Below the pieces are notes generated by a model, which saw nothing but the letters and a program-made list of their open reading frames with translations, did no database searches and was not told where the DNA came from. A stretch of 63,799 nt of DNA, filler included, from Basidiobolus ranarum (taxonomy: Eukaryota): assembly GCA_040143965.1 (NCBI GenBank). It is 18 parts of 18 records of this genome, joined end to end, with 100 filler letters (N's around TTAATTAATTAA, not from the genome) between each part and the next. Parts side by side here need not be neighbours in the genome. Positions count along the whole stretch, not along the records: positions 1 to 3,463 come from JASJQH010009349.1; positions 3,564 to 7,024 come from JASJQH010009350.1; positions 7,125 to 10,584 come from JASJQH010009351.1; positions 10,685 to 14,141 come from JASJQH010009352.1; 14 more parts are not named here. One strand, written 5' to 3'. Below are positions 1 to 12,534 of this stretch, piece by piece. A program made the position numbers and the translations under genes. Within the stretch, counting starts at the first letter, position 1; every line of letters begins with the position of its first letter.

Positions 1-780
1 AATAACTTTATGGACTTAAACAGTCACCCCGGGCCTGGTACACTAAGATAGACACATACTTGGAATCACTTGCTTTCCAAAAGAGTTTGGTGGATCCTGG
101 GCCCTACTTTAAAACAGATAAGGAGAGTAAGGCAATACTTGCCTTATATGTAGATGATCTTATTATAGCTACTAATAATGATGAAGCTCTCAGGAACATC
201 AACAGGGATCTATCAGTCCAATTCAAGATGACCAATTTAGGTGACCTTAGGTATCTTTGGGCCTGCAGATCCATACAGATATATTCAGCAAATCTATTGC
301 TCTGAATCAATCTAAATACATCTCAGACATTTTCAGACATTACAGGATGGAGAATTACAAGCCAGTAGCAACTCCCATGGATCCAGGGGTGAAACTATTC
401 AAGAATTGCATCAAAAATGATGGAAATTGGCCAAATACGATTCAAAATACGTCAGTTGTAAGCCCTGAGTTCCCAAATTAATCTATGGTAGGTAGTTTGA
501 TCTATGCTATGACTAGGTCTCAGCCAGATATCTCTTTTGCAGTGGGAGCAGTCAGCCAACAAGTGCAAAACCCAGGATCTGAGCATTATAAAGCAGTTAA
601 GTGCTTTTTCAGATATATGAAGGGGACAATTGATCAGGTATTGAGATACACAAGTTTTTATGAGGATAAGGATCTAATCAGGTTTAGTGATGCAGACTGA
701 GGACATGATGTTGTGGACAGAAGATCTATCACTGGATATACCTTTTTCTATAGTAAAGCAGCCCTATCTTGGAATAGCCA
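1..780 (+). mobile_element. Degenerate Ty1/copia reverse transcriptase to start of RNase H
   Basis: LYGLKQSPRAW, LALYVDDLII, MVGSLIYAMTRSQPDISFAVG and FSDAD motifs, broken by frameshifts. Confidence 0.93.
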
Positions 781-789
781 CGCTATATT

Positions 790-3463
790 ATCAAAGATTG
801 CTGAAAAAGGAGTTTTGCCAAAAAGCTAAATCGGAACAAACAAATCAATTAAGCACTAATATGGATCATCTATTTGTGTCTGCCCTATCAGTAACCACTA
901 AAGAAGATTCAAAGATGTGGCATGTTAATTCAGGAGCTTGCCAGCCTATGTCAAACAAGAAAGGTTGGTTTGGCAGCTTATAACCAATACAAACAAGGAA
1001 AGTCTACTTAGGTGGTGACTATGCACTGGATGCATTTGGTAATGGCACAGTTGTGCTCTGTCTAGATAGAACTTTAGCTATAGCATCTGCTAAATTGGAT
1101 GTTGTACTCCATGTACCACATGTAGCCATGAATCTACTCTCAGTAAGCCAAGCAATAACCCAAGGACAAATTTCATGTTCAGCAAGGCTGGATGCACTAT
1201 CACAGATCATAATAAGACCAAATTAGCTTCTGGAATCAAAACTTACAACTTATACAAGCTAGAAATCAGCAAATTGCATTCTGAGCATGCAAACTTGGCC
1301 AAAACTGGTGAAATAAGCTGTCAAACATGGCAAAGAAGTTTGGCAACAGTGGGCAACAAAAACTGACCCAAATGATCCCATATCAGCTTGTTTCAGGCTT
1401 TAAAATTGAAAATATCACTAAATTGGATCTGTGTGAAGTTAGCATATATGGAAAGCATCACAGACAGCCGTTTTCAAGCTCTGGAAAAGTCAAATCCACT
1501 CAGAATTTTGCCCTGACTCATTGGGACCTATGTGGGTGCATGAAAAATGTCTCACTAAGTGGGCAAAGGTGTTTTATGACCTTTATTGATGACACAACAA
1601 GATATACTTAGGTATTTTTTTCTCAAATCAAAATCTGAAGCCATAGCTACATTTGAGCATTGCAAAGCAATGGTCAAGAAAGAATCAGCACAAAAAATAT
1701 GGGCATTAAGGAGTGATAATGGCAAGATCAAAGTTACATGATCAAAAGTTATATTACCAATATTGGGCAGAATCTGTCTCCACTGCAGTCTATGCCAAAA
1801 ACACCTGTCCAACAAGATTGTTACAAAATTCTACTCCATTTTAAGCACTATTTATATTGAAATCAAGTGTGGATTGTCTCAGAATTTTTGGTTCCATAGC
1901 ATATTACCTAATTTCAACTTAGAAATGCTCTAAATTGGAACCCAAAAGCAGAAGATGCATATTTCTTGGTTACTGTGATGGATCTAAGGCCTATAGCATG
2001 TTTGCTACTGAGAATCTGAAGTTAATCAAGTGCAGAGAAGTGATTTTGATGAAAAAGCAAATTTCTCACCTCAAATCACAGTTCTTGATCCAGAAAACAC
2101 CATCAGCACTATTCAGGAAGTATCTGACAAAATCCAGCTGTATCTGAGCTCTATTCTAGCAATAATTCCAGTCCCAATTACATCAAAGGATAATTCAGGA
2201 CCCAGTAGAACATCCAGAAGGAGAAATAAGCAACAAAACTGGTGGAACACTTCCAATGATGATGTGTATGCTTATGCAACATTCTGTGACAAGCTACAGG
2301 TTCTAGATCAAGCTCTGGAGCATCCAGAATTAAAGTTACAGGAAAATCAGTGGCTGATAATTTTTCTTGACTTCTGGACAATAAAATGTGGCTGGAAGTC
2401 CTCTTTAATCAGGGAGGAAGCCAATAGGTTGCAATTGGGTCTACAGAGTCAAAAACCAAGCTGATGGAACCAAAGAAAGGTACATGGCAAGATAAGTTCC
2501 ACATGGCTATTGGCAGACACCAGGAGTTATTTTAATGAAACCTTTGTTCCAGTTGCTATGTTTAGCTTGATTAGATTAATCTTGACACTCTTAACTGTCC
2601 ATAGCCTTGATTTGCATCAAATGAATGTAAAAACAGCCTTTCTGACTGGAAATCTGTTGAAATTGGGTAAATAGCAACTCATTATTTAGTAGTTAGTTTA
2701 TTCACATTCTGATTATTTTGCCCTCAATTCTATCATTCAAAAACGTGTTTTTATTGCTCTAATTAATATTCCTATCAATTAGATCACTTTTACCAATTTT
2801 CACTATTTTCTCAAAACTTCTTGAAATCACCTCAAATTTTCACCCATGCTCAACAGGCATGTTAGTTATGATCTAAGCACATCCAAAAGTCCTATTTTAT
2901 AGTAAACTATAAATACAATATATTCAATTCAATAAAACTTAAGTATTTAATTCACAAATCCAAATCTTTTCCAAAACACTTCCTAATCCCCTGAACACTT
3001 TTATCAAAATCTAGAAGAGACCTATATGAGCAACCAGATTGCTTTGTAGACTGAAAACACCCCTATATTGTCTATAAACTGCAAAAATTGCTCTATTTGC
3101 CCAAGAAAGCACCCAGGGCATGGTACAACAAGAACCACTAGAATTTCTAAAATCCACAGCATATCATTGTATTTACAACTAAACAAATGAAAATAGGATC
3201 CTTATCTTGGCAAAATATGTGGATGACTTGATCATAACCACAAATTATTTAGAAGCACTGAATCAGACAAAGAGCCGCTTACCAAACCAACTTCAGATGA
3301 CTGATATGGGTCAATTAAGTAATTTTCTTTAAATCCAATCCAAGAGAGATAAACCCAATCAGAAAAATATAATGAATCAGTCAAGATACATCCTAGACAT
3401 CCTAAAATGCTTCAACCTGGAGAATGGCAAGCCTGTATCAACACCAATGGACCTCCATGTGAC
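790..3463 (+). mobile_element. Degenerate Ty1/copia pol (protease, GAG-pre, integrase, RT) interrupted by a solo LTR
   Basis: WHVNSGA (DSGA-like protease site), LTHWDLCG and FIDDTTRYT (integrase), KSRRCIFLGY, HQMNVKTAFL and YVDDLII, in copia PR-IN-RT order with many stops. Confidence 0.92.
2655..3006 (+). mobile_element. Solo LTR, family B (352 bp), with perfect 5-bp TSD AAATC
   Basis: TG...CA ends; AAATC at 2650-2654 and 3007-3011. Removing it restores the RT segment GNLEE. Homologous LTRs lie at 46586-46943 and 49135-49485. Confidence 0.93.
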
Positions 3464-3563
3464 NNNNNNNNNNNNNNNNNNNNNNNNNNNNNNNNNNNNN
3501 NNNNNNNTTAATTAATTAANNNNNNNNNNNNNNNNNNNNNNNNNNNNNNNNNNNNNNNNNNNN
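3464..3563. other. Artificial contig linker (N44-TTAATTAATTAA-N44, stops in all six frames); first of 17
   Basis: The same 100-nt spacer starts at 3464, 7025, 10585, 14142, 17697, 21251, 24804, 28356, 31906, 35454, 39002, 42548, 46094, 49639, 53181, 56723 and 60263. Intervening contig lengths never increase, running from 3463 to 3437 bp. Confidence 0.99.
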
Positions 3564-3982
3564 TAAAGCATATTGATGTTGTTGAGTTATGTCTTATCAG
3601 TCAAATATGTGCATATTTAGAGACTAAACACAACTTGATTCTTGTATTTTTTGATTCTCATTATGGCTGGAATACAAGGCCTAAAATATCAAATAAAGGC
3701 ATGCATAATAATTCCAATTCCTACAGCAGTAAACCTAGTGATTTGGCATTCAAGAGTTATATTTTTGCAAAAATTGCTGGTGATTAAATAACACATGCCA
3801 AATTTGAGGATCAATATTTTAACATGTATGAATACCATCAAGATACCAACAAGAAACTGCCATTATACCATCAAAATCCCTGGCAGAATGAAAGCCAGGA
3901 ATATTGTGACAGTTCTCTGATGGTTTTGCTAATTCGGAGGGTTGATCCAATCCGGATTAAATCAATTTTATTTTTGTTACAG
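3564..3982 (+). mobile_element. CMC/CACTA-like transposon, transposase-side end (degenerate terminus)
   Basis: Colinear with 37147-37565; ends ...TTTTATTTTTGTTACAG versus consensus ...TTTTTGTTAGGG. Confidence 0.85.
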
Positions 3983-3984
3983 TT

Positions 3985-4782
3985 TGGTCTACCATATGGG
4001 AAGAAAAAAGAAGCTCAGTCTATGTTTGGAGATTTAAAACACTTGTGGAGACTGAAACTGTGACTAAAATCATGAAAATGCATACTGATAATGGTTGATA
4101 ATATACTTCAACACTATTTAATCACTTTTGCAAAGTTCATGGAATTAAGGAAAAAACTATGGCGCTCTATTCACCTCAACAGAATGGAGTTGCTGAAAGA
4201 GCTAACAAGACTTTAATAAAGATGGCAAAATCTATGATAAGTGAACAATGTTTATCCATAACTTTTGGACAGAATTTGTTGCTACAGCTGTATTTCTGGA
4301 GAATAGGAGTTTTACTAGAAGTCTGTCTAACTCTGCACCATATCAGGCTTGGTTTCCAATTAAACCTGATTTAAAACATTTGAGGATCTCTGGATGCTTT
4401 ATATTTGTTAAAATTATAACCAGAAATTGGTCTAACTTTGATCTAAATAGTAAGAAATGCATGCTTCAGGGCTATTATACTCGAACTAAAGTCTACGGAA
4501 CCTACAATACAGAATATCAAAGTTAATCAAGTCCAGGGATGTTTCATTTAACAAAAAAGAAACATTTCATCTAAAATGACCTCAGATGATGATAAAAATT
4601 AATTTTCTCCTGATCCAATCATTCAAATTGATTCAAACTAAAATGATGAAAAAATGGCATTCCTGTGGTCCCTTCAACTGACATTCTGCCTACTGAAGTG
4701 CCCAATACCAGGCCACAAGTTATAGTACCTTTATTCAAAACCAAGAGATCCAATTGGATCAAAAACAGCCCTGAATACTATA
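3985..4782 (+). mobile_element. Degenerate copia integrase fragment
   Basis: YSPQQNGVAERANKTL, FWTEFVATAVFLENR, LKHLRISGC and SKKCMLQGY. Confidence 0.9.
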
Positions 4783-7024
4783 CCCTAACAGAAATTTGAG
4801 GATTTTTATTGTAGCAAAACCATCACAATTTCAATCCATTTGGGATTGGCAGTTTACTTACCATCATGAAATAGTCAAGTTAGACTTGATTTTAATCAAT
4901 TTTTTCAGTTTCAGGAGTGAAATTTCAAGATCTCACAGAATAGTTGCACATGATTGGCTACAATCTCAGACAACTATGGATCAACATATGTGCAGAAAAG
5001 GTAACTTAAATTTTACAGATTTACCACTTGAATCCTAATTTGTCACTCTTGAAATCCCTAGTCTTTTTGATATATTCTCCTGAATATTTTTGTAGAGTTC
5101 TTCATAACCAAGGTTTAGCTCATACCCAATACAAGTTTGTATCAATATCTCCATCAAAGCCCACCATTGTATTGACATTGCTGAATCAACATTCTTCCAG
5201 CTATCTGGCAGATACCGTGCAATATTGTGCCACTCTGTATTCAGTTCTTCCCAGATATCTGCACAGTCAACACCAGACTGAATGTTAAGTTTGATGTTCT
5301 TCTTCTGAAGCCACTTTGTGCATGTTTGCACTGTGTTCTTCCCTCCATACTTCTGAAAATACTGCAAAAACACTTTGACTATTATTGTACATCCTTATAG
5401 TGTGACACTACTGAGGGTGCTTAGTGGTGTTTGTGTGGCTTTTTACTTGCCTTTAAGTTTGGAGCTAATTTCAACACTTTGAAAAGTACCAGTTGAGGTT
5501 GGAAAGCTATGAGTTTAATTTGCTGGTGTTTTGGCTTGTTGAGAGGTGCCAGGTGTTGGATAAACTTGCAAATTTAGCACTCTTTCAACTGGTGTACACA
5601 GTTCCATGGTGAAATTAGGCTTTTTTGCCAGTATATCTGACTCTGGAAATGCAGATCTTGATAATGGTGTGAAGAATTTGGTAAGTGGGACAGTAGAGCC
5701 TAAGCTCACTGGCTCCTTTGCTTTTCCTTTGGGTTTACTAACTTCCTGCTCCCTGACTACTTCTTTAGCTGCTTTTCTTTCCTTTCCAAGTCAATAACTG
5801 TGTATATTTTTGAGAAGTTTTGTGAATAGGCCTATACTAGCCTATTGCCATTTGCTTGCAAAAACCAAGGATAAGCCACATGAAGTAAGTCAAGAATCTT
5901 CAGAGTAATATATGATTTTTGGTTTTTCCACAATTGGCTCAAATCAAGGTGATTTTGGGCAAGAATCCGCACAGTATCCAAAATGTTAAACTACTCACAT
6001 GTGCCCAAGCAATTTTTGGATGTTGTGTAGGCTTAATAGTGCAACACATACTCTGCTCTGCAAGATTATCATGGTGACATTCATATGTATGGTGTGGGAT
6101 TGATTGAAATCCCATATAAGAATGGACAGAGGGAGTAGCATGTAGCTGTAGCTCAAGTAGAGCATTATGAAGGTCTTGTATCACTGTTGAGTGACTCTCT
6201 AAATTTTGACTAGTTGCTTCTGAATACTGCATTAATTGCAATATTGCAGCGGTGTTACTTGTCATGGCCTGTATAGCAACTTTGTAGTTTCTATGTATGA
6301 TTGCATACAAATTCTTATGGTATTCTGCCTGCAAGTCCCTTGTTGTAATTATTCTCACCAAATTTTCTACAGAGGGTTGCTCAATAGTTGACAAAGTAGC
6401 CATTTTGGAAGTTGATGGTCTTGATGGTGTTTTGGGTGAACTTTTCTTAACTATTGATTTACTACGTTATTGGGGGATTACAATCTTTTCACTTGCACTA
6501 TTGCTGGAAAGGAACACATCTGGTAAATTGATTTATGCTTCATCATTATTTAAGTTAGTTTCCAGCATGTTAATGCCTTCCAAATTGAATAGTGGATTGC
6601 TAGACTGCTCATCAATTAAGTCCTTGTTTCTTGCTGGTTTTTGTTCCTTTTGTGCCAGCATGCTTTGGCTTGGAAGCCAATTTTGATTTAGATTTTGAAT
6701 GCTTTTTGATTGGCATTGAAATTTTCAGATGGTAAACTTGGTGTAATGAAATTGCTTTGACACAGCTTATAAAAAACCAAAATTGCCATGAATTACCACA
6801 AATGTCTTGTAAATCCCCTGATGACTCATCTGTGACACCATCTCAGAATCAGCTGATGATATTGATGGGCTATACCTGAATTACCACCCTTATGTAGGAG
6901 GTGTTTTTTTTTCTACAATATCCTTCTCATGCTGCAACACAAACATTCAAAGATGCCCTGCTATTATTGCCACATATTGTTGTGCTATCAAAGCCAGAGG
7001 CTTTGGAGAAAAAATACTCACAAG
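4783..7024 (-). mobile_element. CMC/CACTA-like transposon left part: TIR, complete decayed ORF2, divergent intergenic region, transposase start
   Basis: Begins CCCTAACAGAAA at 4783. ORF2 remnants span 5035-6716 on the minus strand. On the plus strand, MLQHKHSKMPCYYCH begins near 6929. Same layout as 60363-62160. Confidence 0.88.
5035..6716 (-). pseudogene. Transposon accessory ORF2 (about 560 aa reconstructed), function unknown
   Basis: Stitching ORFs 5939-6403, 5515-5709 and 5035-5373 gives MPIKK...MATLxTIEQPSVENL...DIWEELNTEWHNIA...LGISRVTN. The same frame recurs in about 10 other copies. Confidence 0.8.
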
Positions 7025-7124
7025 NNNNNNNNNNNNNNNNNNNNNNNNNNNNNNNNNNNNNNNNNNNNTTAATTAATTAANNNNNNNNNNNNNNNNNNNN
7101 NNNNNNNNNNNNNNNNNNNNNNNN

Positions 7125-7440
7125 CAAAGATGGTGATAAAGAGCAAGAGTTGGAAGAAGACCAAGATATTCAAAATAGTAAAACAAAAAAGCCTCTCAAA
7201 AAAGATGAAGATAGCACTATCAAAAAACGTACCAGGAAACCTAAAGCCGAAATATCTGCTGATGATGAGGCACCAAAGAAGCGTGGAAGAAAAACGAAAG
7301 TTGTAGCGTCCGATGCGGATAGTGAAGAAGAACTAGCACAATCCAAAAAACCTAAGAGCAGAAAGCCTAAGAGTGCACCCCCCAAAGGTCGTGCTCGTAA
7401 AGCTGTGATTCCTAGCAATTCAGGAAGTGAGTCCGAATAG
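7125..7440 (+). CDS. 3' end of a host gene; Lys/Glu/Ser-rich low-complexity tail with NLS-like PKKRGRK, probably a nuclear protein
   Basis: Open frame from contig start to TAG at 7440; normal CpG content; no diagnostic domain. Confidence 0.6.
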
Positions 7441-7896
7441 GCTACTTAAGCTAGAAGGTAGGAACTAATAATGATTTCGCATCATGTACTGTTGCATTTG
7501 AAGTATATGGTTTTTAACTTGACTTATTAGCTTCATGATTTCGAATGAGTATGATATTTATGTCACAATGCTTATTTTATGCTGATTTTTAGTTTATGTT
7601 TCAAATAAATTGCAGTGAAGAAAGTTGCTATCTGTGGAAAGGAATTGTGACTACTCCTATCAGTACTTGATGATTAAATAATGCCGAGTCTCATGTTGTG
7701 ACATGATATTTTAAAAAATTAGCAAAATGTGAAGCTAGAATTATCATGATTTTTGCTATTTGTGTTCAGGAAAGCAGGATTATTAATCAGATCACAATCT
7801 CCAAAGGTACTTGATTAAACACCAAAGTGTCAACCAAAGCGTATTGTAGACAGTTCTTAGAATAACCATTTTTTAGTTTAATTCTACTCTTTACTG

Positions 7897-9512
7897 ATGG
7901 TATGCAGTTTTAGTTAATATAAAGCTGAGATTTCAAATATGATTACTCATTTCTTCATAGGGCTTAGTACTTCTCGCTGTGGCTATCGTGACATTGGTCT
8001 TTTTTGTCTTTTTGATGCTTCTAGGGCCATCACAAAGATTTAGGTATTCCTATATTAGTCAGATCCTTGCTTTGATAGTTTTAGAGTGTGGCATCAACTA
8101 TTGCGAGTCTACTAATAATCATGTTAAATCTTTTTTAGAAACACTTGGATAGGTCATCTGCATCAATTTTTTACCGAAGACTTTATCGATATATTACAGT
8201 AAGTAAGATTTATTTACTTCATGCACTTCAATTTCCGCCAAAGTATGAAACTTGACACACATATATCTATGTAATCAGAGATGGTATCAAAAGATTGTTG
8301 GGACGTAGATTATACGGATTACTGAAGAAGATATTCACTTACGTAGCATTTGAGGCCAACCCTTTGGTTCAGGTATAATGTTTTCGCCGCTGTTATTTAT
8401 TGCTTTGTGAATAACTCGTATTCGAAAGGTTCTATATCTTGCTCTTCTCACTGTTGGTGTTTATGTTTTTTTCAAAGATGGATGGACCAAAATTCCAGGC
8501 CCTTATGCGAGCGAAACACATAGGTATACTATTATGTTTACCATGACCATGAAAGGGCGGGTAAAGATTACTGAGCTTTATTATTCTTTAGATATTTCAT
8601 TCCTCCAGTGGTCTTTATTACGTATCTGTCTTTTGCTTTAGTGTCCTTTAGCAATCCTGGGGTTGTAAATGAATCCAATGTAAGACGCGCATGTGAAATG
8701 TTTTCCTATGATTACATCAATTTTAAGCCGAAGACATGTACAACTTGCTGTTTACAAAAGTAGATGTTTATGTTAATCGATATATCCGAGAAACGATTAC
8801 TGATGAAGATACTTTCTCGCTAGGCCCGCTAGATCCAAACATTGCTCAATGTGCAAAGCGTGTATTGCCAGATCTGATCATCATTGTATGCTCTTTTTGC
8901 TATAAACTGATATTCTGCTGTCATGCTCACAAACATCACAGGTATCTGGGTGAACAACTGTGTTGGACTCAACAACCATCGCTACTTCATTGCGTTCTTA
9001 TCCTCAACAGCTATCACATGCATATATGCAAGTGTGATGATTGCTAAGATTTTATATGGAGAGATTGCTAGACAGGATCTTTTGAATTCTTGGTATTGGG
9101 ATCCAGACACGCGGCAACGTGTACAAGTCACTCTATTTAAGGCACTATCGGTGAGTAATCTAAAATGCATTTGCGCTGATCTTATACTCATTAATATCCA
9201 CTCCAGATGGTGATAAATACAAACGTTAATCTGGGGGCGTTGGGCATTTTTTGCGCATTGTGTTCGATTATCGTAACAGTTTTCTTCTTGGCTCACTTGT
9301 ACACTTTGTCTGATGGCACGACCACCAATGAGTCGTTCAAATGGGAGGACGTTAAAGAGGCAGTCGAGGATGGGCGTCTTTATATGAAATCACAAACTTC
9401 ACAAGACAGTGAAATGGCGCAAATCTTACATTTCGATCAAGTTTCTAACATCTATGACCAAGGGCGATGGAAAAACATATGGAGATTCATAGTACCAGAG
9501 CAAACATTGTAG
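7897..9512 (+). CDS. SWF1: DHHC palmitoyltransferase, Swf1/ZDHHC4-like; multi-exon, apparently complete
   Basis: Splicing at GT-AG introns gives [11 protein letters not shown]...[17 protein letters not shown]...NPLVQ...SNPG...[44 protein letters not shown]...[10 protein letters not shown]...NIYDQG. Confidence 0.9.
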
Positions 9513-10224
9513 CATCAAAGGATAATAAAGCCATTACAATTGTACTGCAAGTATTTATTACATATAAAAACAACAGTTACCTACATGTAGCGGCAAATCG
9601 TTGTATAAGAGCGAGAATTTAACTCTTCTAGCTCAACATACATTTGGATGCACACCTGACTGTGATGAAATCTCCTTAATGATATATGCACCTAAGAGTC
9701 AATGCCACTATATTACAGCAACGAGCAGTACCAAATCTATTTAAAGATAATCGCGAGTTTTTAGAACCAAGGAAAATACTTTGACTACAACAGATGTCAT
9801 TGAGATACCACTGAGTCTTTGCATGCATTATTATCACCTGTCTTAAGGCTGATACGTTTGTTCTCGGAGACTTCAGACAGCCTCTGTTTATGCCTCCATT
9901 CAATGTCTTTAATTTCATCTTCTGATTTCTAAGCTAACAAGGTGTAATAGTTGTGGGCTGGCCAATCATCGGAACTCTTTTTGATTATGCCTTAGTGAGA
10001 AAAATAAGACTTCCTTACGGTGGTTTACTTGTTAAGTCTATAGTTGGGGTTTAAAGTCTTGCCCGAAAGTTTGAAAAGTTGGTGTTCATAAATTAACCAG
10101 AATTGTGGTGTTTTTCATTTTAATTCCATATGCTTCTGTATGCTACGATTATTTCATAAATATTCTAGATGCTTCAAAAGGAGAGTTTAAACGATAAAAC
10201 AATGACATTTCTCTAGAGTGGGGC

Positions 10225-10584
10225 TTAGTTCTTTTTCCCTCTAACTTCTTGTGACAAACCTTCAGCAATATCTTTGAGATTGCCATAAGTAGGTGTGAGT
10301 TTAGCATCAGGAATCTTATCGTGAACGTTTTTGACCATTTCAGGAGATATTTCACCGCTTAAGCTAGCTACAAGAAAATCCCGAGCACTTGAGCTACCAC
10401 GTTTCTCGACTTTTGATAGAGGACTTTCGTTGTCAACTAAGAGTTGAAACTTTTTTACCTTTTGACGAGCCATGGCAAGATCAATTTCGAGGCGCTCAGT
10501 TGCTTCTTCCGGAGCATGTGTGCCAATTTTTTTTGACAACTTACTAGCTTTTTTTTTGTATTCATCCTGTGCTTCCGCAAGTTT
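10225..10584 (-). CDS. 3' part of an unidentified protein
   Basis: Open frame from the contig edge to the stop at 10225; CpG retained; no recognisable motif. Confidence 0.45.
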   Translation of the reverse strand, partial: KLAEAQDEYKKKASKLSKKIGTHAPEEATERLEIDLAMARQKVKKFQLLVDNESPLSKVEKRGSSSARDFLVASLSGEISPEMVKNVHDKIPDAKLTPTYGNLKDIAEGLSQEVRGKKN

Positions 10585-10684
10585 NNNNNNNNNNNNNNNN
10601 NNNNNNNNNNNNNNNNNNNNNNNNNNNNTTAATTAATTAANNNNNNNNNNNNNNNNNNNNNNNNNNNNNNNNNNNNNNNNNNNN

Positions 10685-11690
10685 AACCCTAAAACAGTTT
10701 GCAGACTCCGGAAAATACTCTATGGCTTAAAACAATCTCCAAGAGCTTGGAATAGCAAGTTAGATGCCTTTTTGGAAACACTCAAATTCCAAAAGTGTAA
10801 TGCTGACTATAGTATTGACATCAGGCCAGATAAGAAAAACCCAGCTCTATTAGCCTTATATGTAGATGACCTTATTATAGTAATCAATGACTTAAAGACT
10901 TTGGAGAAAGCCAAATCCAGCTTATCTGCCAAATTCAAAATGACTGATCTTGGAGAACTAATGTACTATCTTGGAATCCAAATTAAGATAGATAGAACTG
11001 TTGAAATTAGCATTGCCTAAACACCAATATAGTCATATATAGCTTAGTACTTAGTTATCTTATAACTCACTAAGATATTACCAATTATTCTCAATTGGAA
11101 TTTACTTGGAAAATTTTTACCAACTTAGAAGTTCTCAGATATATAGATTTTTCAAACTTGTGCTAGAAGCCCCAAACTTTGCACACAAATTCCTGGGACC
11201 TTCCTTAACATATTCTACATGTTAATCTGTTTACATCATGACAAAACTATAAATGTCAACTCTCTACTCAATAAATCAATAAGTGAAAACCACCAATTCC
11301 TCTAATTCTCCAAACCACTTCCAACAGGCTCCCAAATACTATAACAAGAGCTACTAAAACAACAACTTTAAATCAGTCCAAGTATATCCTAGATATACTA
11401 AAGAAGTTTAAAATGGAAGAATGTAATCCAGTATCTACCCCAAAGGAGGCATATCTTAACTTGATAATCAAAGTTGCATCAAACTAGCTAAGAATCCCAT
11501 GTTTCATAATAGAAACAAACATATAGTTATTAAGCATCACTTCATTAGAGAGACTATAGAGAATAAGTTTATTGACTTAACTTATTGTTTGACTGAAGAC
11601 ATGCTTGCTGATACATTTACCAAACCATTAGCTAGACAGAAATTTGAGAAGTTTAGACCTTTATTAGGATTAGTTTATATGACTATATAG
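10685..11690 (+). mobile_element. Copia RT and RNase H remnant (internally deleted)
   Basis: LYGLKQSPRAWN, LALYVDDLII, DNQSCIKLAKNPMFHNRNKHI and DMLADTFTKPL. Confidence 0.93.
10999..11346 (+). mobile_element. Solo LTR, family A (348 bp), inserted in an RT of its own family
   Basis: TG...CA ends, flanked by AGAAC/AGAGC (5-bp TSD with one mismatch); highly similar to the 3' LTR at 11702-12047. Confidence 0.9.
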
Positions 11691-11692
11691 TT

Positions 11693-12047
11693 GAGGGAGA
11701 GTGTTAAAATCAGCATTGCCTAAACATCTATATAGTTATATATAGCTTAGTACTTTGTTATCTTATAATTCACAAAGATATTATCCATTATTATCAATTG
11801 GAATTTACTTGGAATATTCTTACCAATTTAGAGGTTCTCAGATATATAGATTTTGCAAGCTTGTGTTGAAGCTCCAAACTTTGCACACATGTTCCTGGGA
11901 CCTTCCTTAACACATTCTACTTGCTAATTTGCTTACATCTTGAACCAACTAAAAATGTCAACTTTCTACTCAATAAATCAATAAGTGAAAATCACCAATT
12001 CCTCTGATTCTCCAAACCACTTCCAACAGGCCCCAAATACTTCAACA
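11693..12047 (+). mobile_element. Polypurine tract plus 3' LTR (family A)
   Basis: GAGGGAGAG at 11693-11701, directly after the RNase H stop, then TGTTAAAA...TTCAACA. Confidence 0.9.
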
Positions 12048-12530
12048 ACTTAATGGCAATTAAAAGGCCACCCAAACACTGCAAAGCACACTGATTAGTC
12101 TCACACTACAAGGATGTATAAAGATAGTACAAGTGCTTGAAGAGTATCTTCAAAAGTATAAAGGGAAAATCACAGTGCAAGTATGCATAAAGTGGCTTCA
12201 GAAGGAGAACATTCAACTAGACATTTAGTCTGGTGTCAACCTTGCAGATATCCTGTAGGAACTTAATAGAGAGTGGCATAATATTGCAGGGTATCCACCA
12301 GATAGCTGGAAGAATGTTGATTCAGCAATATTTATACCATGGTGGGCTTTGATGGAGAAATTGATACAAACTTGTGTTAATTATGAATTAAAACTTGGGT
12401 ATGAAGAACTCTATTAAAATATTCAGGAGAATACATCAAAGAAAATAGGGATTTCTAAGGTGACTAATTAGCATCCAAGTGGTAATTGTGTAAAATTTGA
12501 GTTATGTTTTTGCACATGCATTCATCCATA
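12048..12530 (+). mobile_element. CMC transposon ORF2 C-terminal fragment
   Basis: Homologous to 29570-30050. Confidence 0.82.
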
Positions 12531-12534
12531 GTTT

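Noticed and set aside
6297-6686. Recurrent antisense ORFs over ORF2 (also 28408, 33426, 60725)
   Set aside because: Shadow frames of the repeated element with inconsistent starts and stops; no independent support.
8044-8138. SWF1 intron starting GTATTCCT as a possible U12 GT-AG intron
   Set aside because: Does not match RTATCCTT and has a U2-type CTAAT branch site.
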